Origin: Carcharhinus amblyrhynchos
Taxonomy: Eukaryota
DNA length: 64,000 bases
NCBI GenBank assembly: GCA_965287045.1
Contig: OZ336885.1
Coordinates: 65,224,001 to 65,288,000 of the forward strand
Direction: 5' to 3'
Made by a program: the position numbers and the translations under genes. Shown piece after piece: positions 27,360 to 40,800 of this stretch. The notes under the pieces were generated by a model. It did no database searches, was not told the origin of the DNA, and saw only the letters and a program-made list of their open reading frames with translations. Numbering within the stretch: the first letter of the stretch is position 1; each line of letters begins with the position of its first letter.

Positions 27360-29565
27360 CCGTGAAACCAAAAGCGAAAACGCTGGAAAATCTCAGCAGG
27401 TCTTGCAACATCTTTAAGGGGAGAAAATACCTGACGTTTCGAATCCAGCTAACCCTTTATCAAAGCTAATAGGCATCGACAGTGGGAAATATTTATACTG
27501 CAGAGGGAGGGAATGAAAGATGATTCACAGCCACAGAAAACAGGGGTAAAAAAAAACGTTAATAGCTTTCCACAGAGAGCATGCAAAGTGTAAAAGACCA
27601 AACGGCAGACATTGTGACAGATGGAGACGCTGGTCGCGGTGGAAAGGGGTTTGGGGGGTGCGGGGGATGAAGGGGAGGTGGGGGGAGGATGTGGAACTGA
27701 GGAAATGGGGCAAAGGAAGAATGTAGAAAAAATGTAAGCGGGGGGCCAGAGCATGTAAGGGAAAGTGGATGAATTGGGGGGTGGGGGGGGGGGACAAACG
27801 ACTGGGGGCGGAGGGAAGAAAACTGAAGAAAGACCAGTACATCATTGAATAAAATAGAACGAAAGGAAAGTCTTGACGGGTGCGACGAGGAGTATTTTGG
27901 TGCTGTTTCATGCTCTCGTCCAGACCTCGAAAGATTCAGCAAGTTCACATCCGTTTTCCACCCATCTCACTTCACTGACCCGCCTCAGATGCTTCCCCGA
28001 ACTCCCTTCACTTTTCTGTTTCCATTTCGGGAAATACACGATCTATCAATACACATTACAAGTCCACTGACTCGCACATTTATCTGGACTATAGCTTTTC
28101 ACACTCTTCATTTCATTATGACTCCATCTCTTTCCCTCAGCAACTTTAGTTCCATCGTATTTGTTCTGGTGATACCACTTCCACAGTGGTGCTTCTAATA
28201 TTTGCTCCGTTTTTCTCAACTATGGATACCCATCTACATTTGTCAACAGTGCCAAAACAGCGTACAGTCCATCTCCCGCTCCACGACCCTCACCCGCTCC
28301 GCTCTCTCCCAAAACAAGTTTCGAGTCCACCTTCTTCTCACATTTTACCCCTCCAATCTTCACATGCAAATTATAATCCGTCGCCATTTTCGCGAAGTCC
28401 AGCGAAACTGCACCATAATGCCACTGCCAAACACATTTTCCACTCACTCCCCCTGTCAGCATTTCACAGAGACTATTCACCTGCCAGTCTCTGCATGCAA
28501 AGCATAATCTCCCACCATTTTCGCCAAATCCAGCATGATGCCTCCAACAAGCACATTTTCCCTTCGTTACTTCTGTCAGCATTCCACAGAGAGTGTGGAA
28601 CCTAGTCCACTCCTCCACTATTCCTAACACCTTTCCCGTCATTCATGGCACCTTCCCGAAGGTCACTTTACCTCTTACATTCTCAACATCCAAGTAAAAA
28701 AAAAGGTTTAGCAGCATTTCACTTCCATTTATTTTGTTGTTGTGTTTGGCATTCGCTGCCCCAAATGAGATCTCGTCTGCAGCGGAGAGACAAAGCTGAG
28801 ACTAGGTGACAACTTTGCTGAACACGTTCGGGCAATGCACAATGAGGACCTTGACTTTCAATTTGCTTGTCATTATTACACACGATGCTGCTCCCATGTC
28901 CACATGTATGTCCTTGGCTTGCTGCAATGTTCCAGTGAAGCTCAAAGGAAACTGGAAGAACATCGCCTCATCTTCCAACTAGGCTGTTTATAGCCTTCCA
29001 GCCGCAACCCCGAATTTAACAAATTCAGATGATTTTCCCTGCCCTTGCGCGGTCACCTTTGTTTTCGTTCTTTTTTATTATTATTTTATTCATAGTTTTT
29101 CTTTATTTTTTTCTTCCCCAGTCTCTTTATTTCCCCCTGCGGCATCCCCGTTCCATTAACGGTCCTCCGCCCCCTCCACCACCACCGCCGCCCCGCTTAT
29201 CCTTGTCTACGTTCTACCTCGGTCCACTCCCTCCACCCCGCCCCCTCCCTCTCCCCTCCCAACACCTCCATCTTTCACAGCCAGCAGCTTCTCTGCACTT
29301 TGGCCCCTCATACTCTTTATTCGTTCTGTGTGCAGCTATTAGCAGTCGTTTTCCTTGGTTTCTATGGATATTACGCGTTGTTTCACTCCCTCCCACTGCA
29401 GGGTAAATATCTCCCACGTTCTATGCCTATTTATTTTGACAAAGGTTATCGACTCGAAACGTCAGCTCGTTTCTCTCCTGACAGATGTTGTCACACCTGC
29501 TGAGATTTCCCAGCACTTTCTATGTTGTTTCAAATTCTAGCATCCAGAGTGATTTGCGTTTGCTA
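27360..29565 (+). mobile_element. PLE family B with inverted terminal copy
   Basis: 27375-27470 is the reverse complement of 29435-29520; RT thumb remnant at 27870-28300; GIY-YIG remnant GETKLRLGDNFAEH at ~28780-28830. Confidence 0.85.
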
Positions 29566-29648
29566 CCAGGAAACATTTTAATGTTCCTAGTACATCCGTT
29601 GTGATTTGCTTTTGCTAGAAGGAAGCGTTTTAATGTTCCTAGTACATC
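29541..29648. repeat. ~53-bp tandem duplication spanning the PLE 3' junction
   Basis: catcc..gtgatttgc.tttgcta..aggaa...ttttaatgttcctagta occurs twice. Confidence 0.8.
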
Positions 29649-30192
29649 TCCTGCCTTTTCATTAGCTGCATAATTATCGTACACACATGCTATGTCCAGA
29701 TTCTCAAATGTTTATTACTTCCAATGGAGAAACAAAACCATGGAATCATCGTCAACACGTTCATTCCAGTTCATGTTCCAAACAGTAATGCATATATCAG
29801 ATTTTTTTTTTGTTTCCAGTTATTATCCTAAACTATCCAAAAACAGAATTACACAGGTATGCCCCCTCAATGTGCGTATTTTCTTCTTTCCTTTTCTAAT
29901 ATTGGCGGTTAACGAGACGGATGACACATAACCATGCTTTTATCTCAGTGCATCCATTGAACAGGATACAATTTGAGAGAAAGGCTCATTAAAAAAAAGT
30001 CATGCAATTGTACAATTCAATTTCCAGAGTGATCGCAAAGGCATGTTATCTATGTTACTGACATGATTGATTCATTTTGGATTTACTAAGAAGACTTTCC
30101 CATTAATAAAACATCAGCATGTTTTGGTAAGTCATGCCTGATTTCAATCATTTATTTTTCCTGCATTAGAATCTATGGCATCCAAAAATTAC

Positions 30193-30213
30193 GACTGCAT
30201 CTCTTTTGCTTTT
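30193..30213 (-). CDS. Candidate 21-nt microexon, phase 1: EKQKRCS
   Basis: ctcactgaaccaaccatag|AAAAGCAAAAGAGATGCAGTC|gtaatt; weak signals. Confidence 0.3.
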
Positions 30214-31004
30214 CTATGGTTGGTTCAGTGAGGTAATCCATTTTCCAAAGATTGCACTTGCACACGGTCTTATTTCACAGTTCGAAGTAGAATAATGCAT
30301 CATTTGTAGACAGTTAGTAATTAACATATGTCCCAACTAATTTAGCAATATCCGTGACTTGACAATCAAAAAATAGGATGCACCATATGATTGTACCACT
30401 TTAATCATACGGTACGTTTTCCTCCCACGATTATCCTCGTATGTTGTGCTCAAGTATGCATGTTCATAATAAGTTTCTCACAAAAAAGTTATTCGTGCTA
30501 TGTCAGGAAAAGGATGTTACAGTCTGAGGAAATTAGATTTCATCTTCGACTGGGATTGCAAAAGCTGCCAGGACAATTCAAGCTCCGGAGCTGCCGTTGC
30601 TATCAGGTTCCATGTCGGGCCGGGAGAAATGAGACTCATTGCTTGACTTTATCCTGTATTACTCACTAATCTTTAAACAAACATTATAACAATTCGTAGG
30701 TATAGTCTCGCCTATCACTTAGTTGCATTCCCTGGATCATTAACGGGACAAATAACGCAAATTCGTGCAGAATGTTCAAGAGAATGTTGAAGAGGATGGG
30801 CAAGATTTATGCAACGGAAACATACCAGACAACAAGAATGACCAGCAAGACCGAAGGTTTTGGTTCACGAGCAAATTGATAAGCCGAGCTGAGATCTGCC
30901 GAACATTGGGAGGCTCCATGCAATGAGAAAGTGGAGGAGCTTGCTTGCGCTGTGAAGGAATGTTTCATGGATTCCTAAAACAGCAACATGGTAATGCCTG
31001 TGTA

Positions 31005-31325
31005 ACAAAGAACAAACAACAATGCAGCACGGGAAAGAGGCCATTCGGCCCAACGAGCCCGCGCCTCCATTTCAACATTTTGAGCCCCCTCTTCCACCCT
31101 TGACTCTTGTCTGCGCGCATTGGAATGAGGGGAAACTAATTTAGGGACAATTTGTTACACCAATCAGCGTAAGAGTACATCTTTGGGTGTGGGAGGAAAT
31201 GGGAGCATCCGGAGAAAACCCACGCAAGTACGGGGAGAATGTGCAAACTCCTACAGACACTGGCCCAAATCCATGTATCTGCACACCAAACAGTGATAGT
31301 CACTGAGCTGTCGTGTTGCTCATCA
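31005..31325 (-). mobile_element. HE1/V-SINE-type tRNA-derived SINE, decayed
   Basis: gtgggaggaaa..ggagca.ccggagaaaacccacgca...ggggagaatgtgcaaactcc core plus CR1-like tail. Confidence 0.8.
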
Positions 31326-31599
31326 GCTGGTCCAGTTTAAGCGTACGCTAACGACGTGAAGCACTAGGCTGCTCTCGAAACATCCAACAGCAGCCCTCGC
31401 ACGACCCACCGCGTGTCTGCCACTTGCTGGACAACAAGGCGAACCGAAACACCAGTGGATTAAAAGAGAGAAAAAAACATAAATAACATGCACATCTTAT
31501 GCAAACATTCAAGGGAATCTGCTGAAGCTCAAAAGTAAAACAAGTGAGCCAGAAATTATGTTGGGAGGATCATAGGAATCAATTGATTCCCAGGGACGT

Positions 31600-32530
31600 C
31601 CCAATGCTCTTGCTCCTTATTTAAAACAGTCTCCTATATCCGTCCATCTCCATCCCGTTCATGTACCTATGTAAGTATCCCTCAAACAACTCCAGCGTGC
31701 CTGCCTCCCCCATCTTACTTGGCAATGCATTCCATACCGCTAAAAGCCTCTGTGTGAAAAACCTCCCTCTAACATCCGAATTATGCCTCCCCCCACCACC
31801 CCGCCTGGCCCTAAGCCCGAGGCCCCTCGTAAAATTTGATTCCAAGCTAGGAAAAAACTTACCACTGTTTACTCTATCTATACCCTTCATAAACTTATAC
31901 ACCTCTATTAGATCTCCCTTCATTCTCCGTCTTTCTAAGGAAAACAGCCCCAATTTGCCCAATCTTTCCTCATAACCCAGTCCTTCCATACCAGGCAGCA
32001 TCTTGGTAAACTTCGTCTGCACTTTCTCCAGGTTTTCCACGTCTTTCGGCAGTAAGACGACCAGAACTGGACGCAGTACTCCAAATGCGGTCCAACCAAC
32101 GTTCTATACAGCTGCAACATTAGATGCCAGCCATTGTACTCTATACCCCTTCCTATAAAGGCTTACATAATATAAGCTTTCTTCACAACCTTCTTCACCA
32201 GTACTGCCCCCTTCAAAGACTTGTGAACTTGCACCCCCAGGCCCCTCTGCGTTTCGACACTCTTAATAGTTTATCATGTAACTCTCCCCGTCATTATTTC
32301 TTCTAAAATGCATCACCTCACATTTATCAGGATTAAATTTCATCTGCCATTTATCTGTCCAATACATCAGCCTATCTGCATTCTGTTGTATTGCCCGACA
32401 CTGCTCCTCACTGTCTGCCAGTCCAACCATCTTAGCGTCATCTGCAATTTTGCTAATCACACCACGTATTCCCTCTTCCAATTCATTTATGCATATTACA
32501 AATCGGAGAGGTCGCAGTACTGAGCACTGC
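31600..32530 (-). mobile_element. CR1-type LINE, 5'-truncated
   Basis: ORFs 32263-32643 (SVLRPLRFVICINEL..KIADDAK..WQMKFNPDKCEVMHF), 31935-32120 and 31621-32040. Confidence 0.95.
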
Positions 32531-35318
32531 AATATAAATAGCCGACAATTAGAAAATATGGTCACAGCTGTTCTGGCCTTCTTTGAAAAATGCCATGCAA
32601 CAGCAGCTGAAGAATCCAAAACCACCCGAGGAAGGGCTGACAATGTGGAACAGAATCAAGAGTTCAGGTTGTCTACAATGCAATACACGTTGTTCCGGTT
32701 TTACTCCTATCCCCATCCTCCTGGTAAAAGTGAGGGCGTGGTGGAAGGAAAAGAAAGCACAAGAATGGCAAAGCCTGATTCAAATTTCCCAAGCCAACGA
32801 AGATTTAGCAAAACGTGCGAACCAATTATAAATAATTGTTCTTTCTCATCTCGAAAAAGTCTGATTAATTGAAAATAATTAATCTGAGCCCTATTGCCCA
32901 CAGAAACAAAGAGATTGAATTTAAACATGTTTTGTGCATTCATATGATTTGGAAGTGATCAAGTTGCCTGCCAGTTTCATTGGTTAACTCATCATCACTT
33001 TAGTTAGTGCATAAAATTTAACCTTTTCAGAAGACGGTTGATTTGACCCTAATCGCTTGGATAATTATGTGATTGTGATTTCAATTAATTATTTGGGATA
33101 TACAATCTATGCAAACATGTGTGAATCGTGTCATGTATGTGGATGTCCGTAGATGTGTTTTATCATGATTAGGGCTATTTCTCTTAAGGTTTTTTTTTGT
33201 GCGGAATTAACTGAGTTTTAACGGCAGGAATGTTGAAGTTCAAAAACACAACCACAACAGGCATTTACAGAATTCATTCGGGCATTCCTGAATTAGCGTC
33301 TGTGCTGCAATTCTTTCTTTGGTATTGATGGCCCATGTGGGCGTATGTTGCAGGCGTCAATGTGTGTTTTTTTTTCACTAATATTGTAATTCTCTGACAT
33401 CGTTTAGATCATAAAATCAATACAATAAAACACATAATCTGATTCAGAGGGATTTCACTTTTTTAAAGTTATGGATGCAGATTCATGTTACGTCGGCCAT
33501 GTGAAAAAAAAAATGCATTTTCCAGGAATTTTGACAAACGTTCAAATTTTAGTCCGGATATATATTCAAACATTTGAGCAACTGATAGTTTTATTTCCTA
33601 ATGCTAATTAACTTTTGGGATAATCCAAATTACAATAAGGTATATATATATACACGTATTTATTTACTTATTTATTCAATATATTTATTCCTGATACAAT
33701 GATGGACCTGGATGTCGGGTGAGAGAGTTTAAAAGGAGAGAGATTGCTAAATAGAAATATTTCCCAAACGTCAGTTGATTAAGGGCGAGCTTTTGAGAAA
33801 TTTACCGTACTTCTTCTAAAACTGACAGATAACTAATAGCTTGTGGATAAGGGCTGAAGTTCGTCACGGCTGAATATTTTTACCTTTCATGAACTGGGAA
33901 CGAAAAATGTTAAGATTTTCAATTGTTACTTTCAGGTCAATTGACAAAATCTTCCCCAAGCAGGATCGATTTTTTTTGTATGTTTCGTTTCTGCCTTACA
34001 TGAAGCTGAAAATGGAAAGCGATTTTCAGCAGCTTGAAAACGTGTGACAAACTATTCGCATTTAATAGAGCACCTGTTGCCCGCCTCAGACAAAATCAGA
34101 CTGAAAAGAAGGTGGCGGTTGCATCGTGAGAACATTCAAAAGACAGAATTGACAAGGATGTGCGAGATTGCATTCATCACGTTTGATCATTAATTTTTGA
34201 ATCATCAGTATAAGAATGTCAGATAATAATGTCAATCATTACATTGTTGTAGTGACACAACGACGATTTATTTTGATCGTGACGTGTGAACCGTCAAAGA
34301 TAGTGAACAGATCCCGATGTTAGAAATTGTGCTTCTGCAGACAGAACACTAGTATAACAAATTTGAACAAGGGAAAGCATGTTTCTGTCACCAAATGTGC
34401 ATATCATTTTCGTTAGGGACGAGGGGAATATACTAGCGGAATAGATGAGCATTGGATGGAAGGGTCATGTATATATTGTGCAAATGAGATGTGAGGAACT
34501 GATCAAGGTAAGAGAACAGACGTTTTCGGAGATTTAAATGACAATAGTTTACATCACGAGAGGCAAGAACTGAATGGCCAACAGTTCGATAGGGCTGGCC
34601 ATGGTCTGGTTGCATTATCACTAGTTTTGTACTCCACGAAATGTGGTAATAAACTCGGACGTGGATTCATTTGAATTTGACTGCAATCAACTAAATTTTC
34701 GAAATTATCAATCTCCTGATTACTATCAAACCTTCGTAAATTGTCGGACAAAGACAACCACTCAGTTCAATAACGCCCTTTTGCGAATGAAATCTTTCAT
34801 CATCACCTGCCATTGATTACTGCTGGCTGCAGAGCTATAGCAAAATGTTTGTCTCCGAACTCAACCGAAATCACCTCGGACACCATTCAGTTGAAAGTTG
34901 GCAAGGTCTGTAACTAAATGCGAACCAGTCAATTGTGCCCATATCCAACGAACAATTAAAACTGACGGAAATAATAACAAAATTTATTTAATGGATGCTG
35001 CGGATGATCAAAGGGATTCTAAGCAGCTAAAAAATTGCACAGTTTAGGTGCTATTTATGAATGGAAGAACGTCGTTTATTTTCAAGGAGAAGTGAAGCAG
35101 AATCTGCAGACTTGGATCCCAACAAGCAGCTGTTTGAATTAGGGGCACGTCAGAAATATGAAATGTGCGCTCCGATTGATCAACTTTTTTTAAAAGACTG
35201 ATGCTGTCTAAGATAAAGAATAAATATTCAAAACATGTCAACATATGGAATGAATTGGAAACGTCTGACTGATGTTTCAGCAATACGAACATCTTTGTCT
35301 GGATTATAAAATTGAATG

Positions 35319-35737
35319 ATATGGAGATGCCAGCGTTGGACTGGGGTAAGCATTGTAAGACGTTCCACAACACCAGGTTAAGTTCCAACTGGTTTATTTC
35401 GTATCTCAAGCCACATGCATAAAGAGTGCTGCTCCTTCAGCAGGTATGTGGGAGTTCTGTTCACAAATAGAGCATATTATGATACCATCTCAACTTACAA
35501 AATAATGGTTGGAATCCAAATCTTTACACAAACTCAAGCCTTAAAGTTACAGGCAATGCGAGCGCAGAAAGGGTTAAAAACAGGCCAGAAGGATGTATAT
35601 CGTCTCCAACCAGCAGTGAGATGTTGCAAGCCCATGCAACTCTTGAGGGTTACAGATAGTTTGAGGCCGGTTGAGGTCGGTCGTGTGTGGAACTTGACTA
35701 TCAGTTTCTGCTCAGCGATTCTGCGTTGTCATGTGCT
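35319..35737 (-). mobile_element. PLE family A 3' fragment with 9-bp TSD
   Basis: Homologous to 19216-19660; flanked by aattgaatg at 35310-35318 and 35738-35746. Confidence 0.85.
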
Positions 35738-36578
35738 AATTGAATGTTTCTATCTGACGGTGACATAGATTCTAGGAAACGGGTGTGCGAAGAAAACTAT
35801 TAAATGTGATCTTTCATTTGAATATATCCGGGTTTGTTGGTATTTTTGCTTCAAGTGAACACATTTTAACAATATTTCCATAATCCGACGCAGAATCAAA
35901 AGCTTTTTGCCACGATTTTGCGATACTGCAAAGTAAGCAGAGGAATAAGATAGGAAATAACTAATATGCAAAAATGAGCAATGAGCAGTTCTGAAGTACA
36001 TGGAATTATACATTGAAGAGCTCGCCTCAGCCATGAACGCTGCTGACATACAGCACGGCGTGAAATGGATAATTGGGCCAGTACATTCACGCAACACCAT
36101 CAAATGAAGAAGACATTGCCACAAACTCGAAGAAAGAAATGTTTTCAACGTAATTGAGAAAGAATGGAGCATATCTGTGCATTGAACCAATTTAAGGACT
36201 TGTCAGCAAGTATTCTGAATTAGTTATAGCTAGTAAATCTACACAGAAAAATGGAGTGCTGGAGAATATTTTAAGTCAGTGCTCGGTATTTTCAACGCCA
36301 TTAAGCGAAATTATCTACAGGGTGGGTGGGGTGGAAATTAGGAAGAAAGGAACGTCAATGTAACTATTCAGAAATTGATGGAATTTATCACAAAAGGGGT
36401 ATTTGGAATCTTACGAAAAAAAGTAGATGAACTTGTTGTAAAATGTCGTAAGAAAAATGAGATATTAATAATAGCAATGAGGCAATATCTCACCTTGGAA
36501 GAAAAAAATCCAAGTTGAAATAAAATTTGATTCACGTGAGTGTGAAGTATCGGATCAGATAGGTCATTGTATGTCTAC

Positions 36579-36599
36579 CATTTTCCTCAGGCAGTTTCG
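36579..36599 (-). CDS. Candidate 21-nt microexon, phase 1: AKLPEEN
   Basis: ttgtttcacgcatttattcagttag|CGAAACTGCCTGAGGAAAATG|gtagac; a competing AG lies 4 nt upstream. Confidence 0.35.
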
Positions 36600-37194
36600 C
36601 TAACTGAATAAATGCGTGAAACAACAAATCAAAATTTTGACCAGTGACAATGCATTGGGTAAACGTATTAAGGGGCGCATTCTATAATTTTAATAACAGT
36701 CAACAAAAGGCCGGGTCCCCCATGAGTAAGTTGATAAAACTGCCTGCCCTTTTCTGTTCGAGCATAGACATCTAAAAGGACACACCCTACATTTGAGGGG
36801 GACTAGGTGCGCCGACATATTGCAAAGCAGATGTCAAAAGGAAGGGTAAATAATTGTTGTGGTATATTTTAGCCGAGATCTCGTCAGCTGCATTTATATC
36901 CCCTGCATCGATTCTGGAAAGCATCTAGCAAATTATGTACTAAAAGGAGGGAAGCGTGGAGATGGACAACAATACCATTTGTATGATGTGAGCTTCCGGG
37001 CCACCATATTGTGGCATACTGTAGCCCGTGGCATTCAAAGGTGTTTTTGTCTTTTATTTCTTATTGGCTCAAGTGCGATTTCATTGACACTGCAACGATG
37101 ATCCTGTTAAAATCCGCTAGTTGCCACATTCAAACGCTTCTTTGGGTTGCTGAGGGTCAACTTGGAATAGTCAAAACTCCAGAAGAGCACTGCC

Positions 37195-37340
37195 TTCCGA
37201 TTGTGGGAGAAAACTGGAACACCCGGAAGAAACATACGTAAACGCGGGGAGAATGAAAAGGTTCTGCGCAGACAGGGATCCAAGCTCGGATGTAAGACCG
37301 GTCCCTGGTGCTTTGAGGCAGCGCTGCTAGCCATTACGCT
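37195..37340 (-). mobile_element. V-SINE/HE1-type SINE fragment
   Basis: tgtgggagaaaactggaacacccggaagaaa...cggggagaatg core and tRNA-like head remnant. Confidence 0.7.
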
Positions 37341-38164
37341 GCATTAACAAAGCTTACACCTTACAGCTGAAAAAATGGAGGCAGGAATCATTTGCACTAC
37401 ATTATACTATTGTTCAGGGAAATGGGCAATGTAATTTCCACATTAACATCACCTATACCGTGTATTTAGATGCCAGATTACATGATCACCGCCCCCCCCC
37501 CCCCCCCCCCGAATAATTATTAGATAGGTACATGAGGCATGTTTGATGGACACAGCGTTACGAAGTTGGGTATAATAATGTAGATTGGGATCGAATAATT
37601 TAGGACGTGATGTTTGTAAGAATGACAAAATTATAAGACGCTAGGGGGTAAGGACTACATTGCTCCTTTAAAACCTAATACTTTCTTTTTTATGTGCTTC
37701 AAAAGCTAATACAATGCAAGTACATAGGGAGTCCCGAATTAAACAGTGCGGATAAAAAGGTCAAGAATAAGCTTTTAACCAAGGCAATAGACTATTCAAC
37801 TTCGTGAATCAATTTGATTCCGGCCCTTAGGTACAGAAAACACATTCAAATATGCCAAATGGCTTTGACAACCCAGGCCAAATCTATTGTGGGAAATTTT
37901 GATTTTATCACACGTCGAAAATAAGAAGCCAATGCAACAAAAATAGAGATCAACTGCCACATGCAAACTATAGTAGCTCTCAGTGCTCAATTCCAGACAA
38001 GGAGCGAGAGGATCGACGACTCTCAAAGATTCATATAGTCGTAGAGAAAGCACTTTCTAGATAACAAAGGAACCAAAACAAACATAAGACACAGACGGAA
38101 AAATCACAGCCAAGGCCCCGAAAATTCCGGAACTGAAACCGGTTTTAATTGAGACAAAGGATTT

Positions 38165-38215
38165 ATGATTATTATTGTTATTGTTATTATTATTATTATT
38201 ATTGTTATTATTTAT
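38165..38215. repeat. (ATT/GTT)n microsatellite
   Basis: Direct reading. Confidence 0.9.
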
Positions 38216-38444
38216 ATAACGAGGGTTGTAAATACAGTTTTTTTTTCAATGTTATTTCGATAAATGAATTATGTGTTGATTTTAGCGTGAGTGTCAGGAA
38301 TTTATTTTTTTTAATGAACCACTAGGAATTGCTGAAGCGCAAGCCACATCAATTCACGCAGTTTTACAGATTATTAGACCATGCACTCCTCTTTGGCCGG
38401 TCGGTGTTAGTTCTCAGAGGGGGCGGCAAATCCTACATGTAGCA

Positions 38445-38935
38445 GGTTGGGGACTCAGACCCGATATTTTAACAGTCTTAAGTCTTCAAATGAAATTTAA
38501 GTGAGAAGTGGAAAATCTGTTTAATTTAGGTGGTTTGCTGTTAGTTAAACCAACCGTCGGAAAATGGTTCTTTGAATTGTTTAAACGAAAAGTTCAAGGG
38601 ACCCAAGATGCTCCTTAAATTTGTCCCCCCCCCCCCCCCAAAAAAGGACAGAAAAAGTTGACAAATTTAGAATTACCAAACGGGCAAAAAAGGGTTAATC
38701 CAGGGAGAATAAGAAAACTGGAATCATAACAGAGCTAGCCAAGCATTTAGGTCCATCAGACAAACACATTAGTACATTGGAGTTTGATAAAAAATGTAAA
38801 TTTCATGTGAGACAATTGGAATTAGAAAGTGAAATTAAAAGGCCGGAGTTGGAAAATAATGAGAGAACAGAACACGTTGTTCGAGTTCAACAAGGTGGAG
38901 CTGGAACTTGAAGCAAAAATAATGAAAAAAAAATA
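38445..38935 (+). mobile_element. Decayed LTR retrotransposon (Gypsy-like) PBS and gag N-terminus
   Basis: tggggactcagacccgat resembles the tRNA-Pro PBS TGGGGGCTCGTCCGGGAT; downstream frames give IITELAKHLG and RQLELESEIK, typical of a gag N-terminal coiled coil. Confidence 0.5.
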
Positions 38936-40244
38936 AACCTTAATACTTGCTGATATTTTACAGCACTTCTTTTTGTCTGTCCCGCCTGCATCCACATCTT
39001 TCTTTCTGGCCACTATCGAAACACTAAGACTGTTTAGAAAGTTTATGAGAGAATTCTGAGGGGGTAAAAAAAAACATGAACCTCGTGTTTACCATTCTTT
39101 TAACAGATTACAGTCAGTAAATATGAACCCCATTTTACTGGATATGAGGCAGAGGTCTCCAGCGTAGATTCAAAGGTTTGATATTCTGTACAGTGTTGAC
39201 GCAGAAGTGGAGAGGTTCACATTTCCAGGAACTGTATCACATATCCTGGCTCTATTTGCCAATAATGTCATGGTGAACAAAATGTTAGGTAAAGCTGAAT
39301 CTACTGTCTCATCAACTCCAACCAATGACCTTCTTAGCTTAAATCCCTAATGATATAATAAAATTTGCATGTCTGAATTCAAACTATTGTCTTCTCGTAT
39401 TGCTTTTTTGCAATCCAGATCGAGTCTCCTTATTTTTGAAAGTTTTTCATTTTAACTTTGTGATGAATTTTTATTTTTGTGGCATGGAAGGTTCTGGGTA
39501 GAAACGCATATATTTTCCACCCCTGATTGACGTTAACAATGGTGATGGCCTCTTCAAGGTGTATGTTCAGCAAGAGTGCTATTGCTGAATGCATTCCAGC
39601 ATTGTGGCGGCCATTATAAAGCATGTGTGTGGCACATTTCTGGAATGAATGTGGCTTCCCAATTGGCAACCCAAGTCTTGTATTATCCAACTCTGTACGA
39701 TGGCTGTTTGCGAATAAGACATCTATTTGACACGTTGTTTCTAATTTCCTGATCAAAAATGTGTCCCCCAAAAACTTCAACAAGCATTGTCATAATGTCT
39801 TCATTTGTGACACGTTTTCATTCCCCAGCAGCTCGTTAATATTATTGACTCCATTGTACATTTTGTGTCCTCAAAACGGGGCTCTAAGTCTCTCCATGAA
39901 TGCCTGTGTCCAGTGCAGTGATACTATGGGTGTAGTTAACTATTCACAAGTCAAAACCTCCTGTAAGCTGACAAAAATATACACTTTGAAAAAGGACATG
40001 AATCCCGCCCCTCACCGCCTATCGATTGTCTGTGTCATTCTTTTCTGATTGTAAAGCAGAAAGCAAACTACCCGTCCACAAATAATTGTAAAGCAGAAAA
40101 CAAAAACAATAAAATGAAACAAAAAAAACTTGTAATTGAATCCTTTCAGCATAGAAACAGTTCAACTAACACTTTCAATCTCTACGGACTGCCCGAAAGA
40201 ACATTTCATTCAGACCTTGGCCGCATTAACACGCGTACTTAATA

Positions 40245-40470
40245 CGCTAATATCCCCAATCGACACACCCTGTGATGATAAGAACAAATTCAGTATGGCC
40301 ACGTCAATTATTGGACATATATTTGGACGGGAGGAGCAAAACAAATCCCGCAGGCGAAACCCACGCAGACACACAGAGAACGTACAAACTCGACGACAGC
40401 AGTCACGCAAGGCTAAAATTGAACAACATCCCCTGTCACTGTGAGGAATCAGGGATAATAAATGTGCCAT
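40245..40470 (-). mobile_element. V-SINE/HE1-type SINE, decayed
   Basis: aaattcagtatggcca...gggagga...aaacccacgcagacacacagagaacgtacaaactc. Confidence 0.75.
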
Positions 40471-40574
40471 CGTGCGTAGCCTGTTTTGACGTTAATATGG
40501 AATGCAGACATTAAATCGATCAGAAAGTAACTCGTTTGAGTCAAAGGGCCAAAACGATTTCTTCGATTGCAGCG

Positions 40575-40576
40575 GC

Positions 40577-40608
<32 letters not shown>

Positions 40609-40620
40609 CATCTCTCCCTC
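40575..40620. repeat. (CT)n microsatellite
   Basis: Direct reading. Confidence 0.9.
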
Positions 40621-40779
40621 AGTGTGGATAAATTTAATTTCAAAACCTGATTCATGGGAACAACAGCGGATGCGGACCTACTGTGTTTGCTGGAACAGCA
40701 ATGGCGTTGTTCTCCGTTTGGAAAATTCATAGAAGGTCATAGCTTATATGAAATTAATAACACGTGGTGATACACTTAC

Positions 40780-40800
40780 CTCCTTTGCATTTTTTAAGAT
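40780..40800 (-). CDS. 21-nt microexon, phase 1: DLKKCKG
   Basis: atttatgttgtggcttgcag|ATCTTAAAAAATGCAAAGGAG|gtaagt; phase 2 contains a stop. Confidence 0.7.

Noticed and set aside
33884-33893. 10-nt segment with good acceptor and donor (also 22 nt at 12171-12192 and 15 nt at 17833-17847)
   Set aside because: Frame-shifting, or creates a junction stop with the next exon.
12812-40800. SCPP/casein-like (phase 0) or collagen-like reading of the microexons
   Set aside because: No Gly-X-Y or SxE/Pro-Gln composition. Phase 0 hits stops in exons 12812 and 48837, although it is open in the six strongest exons and is not formally excluded.
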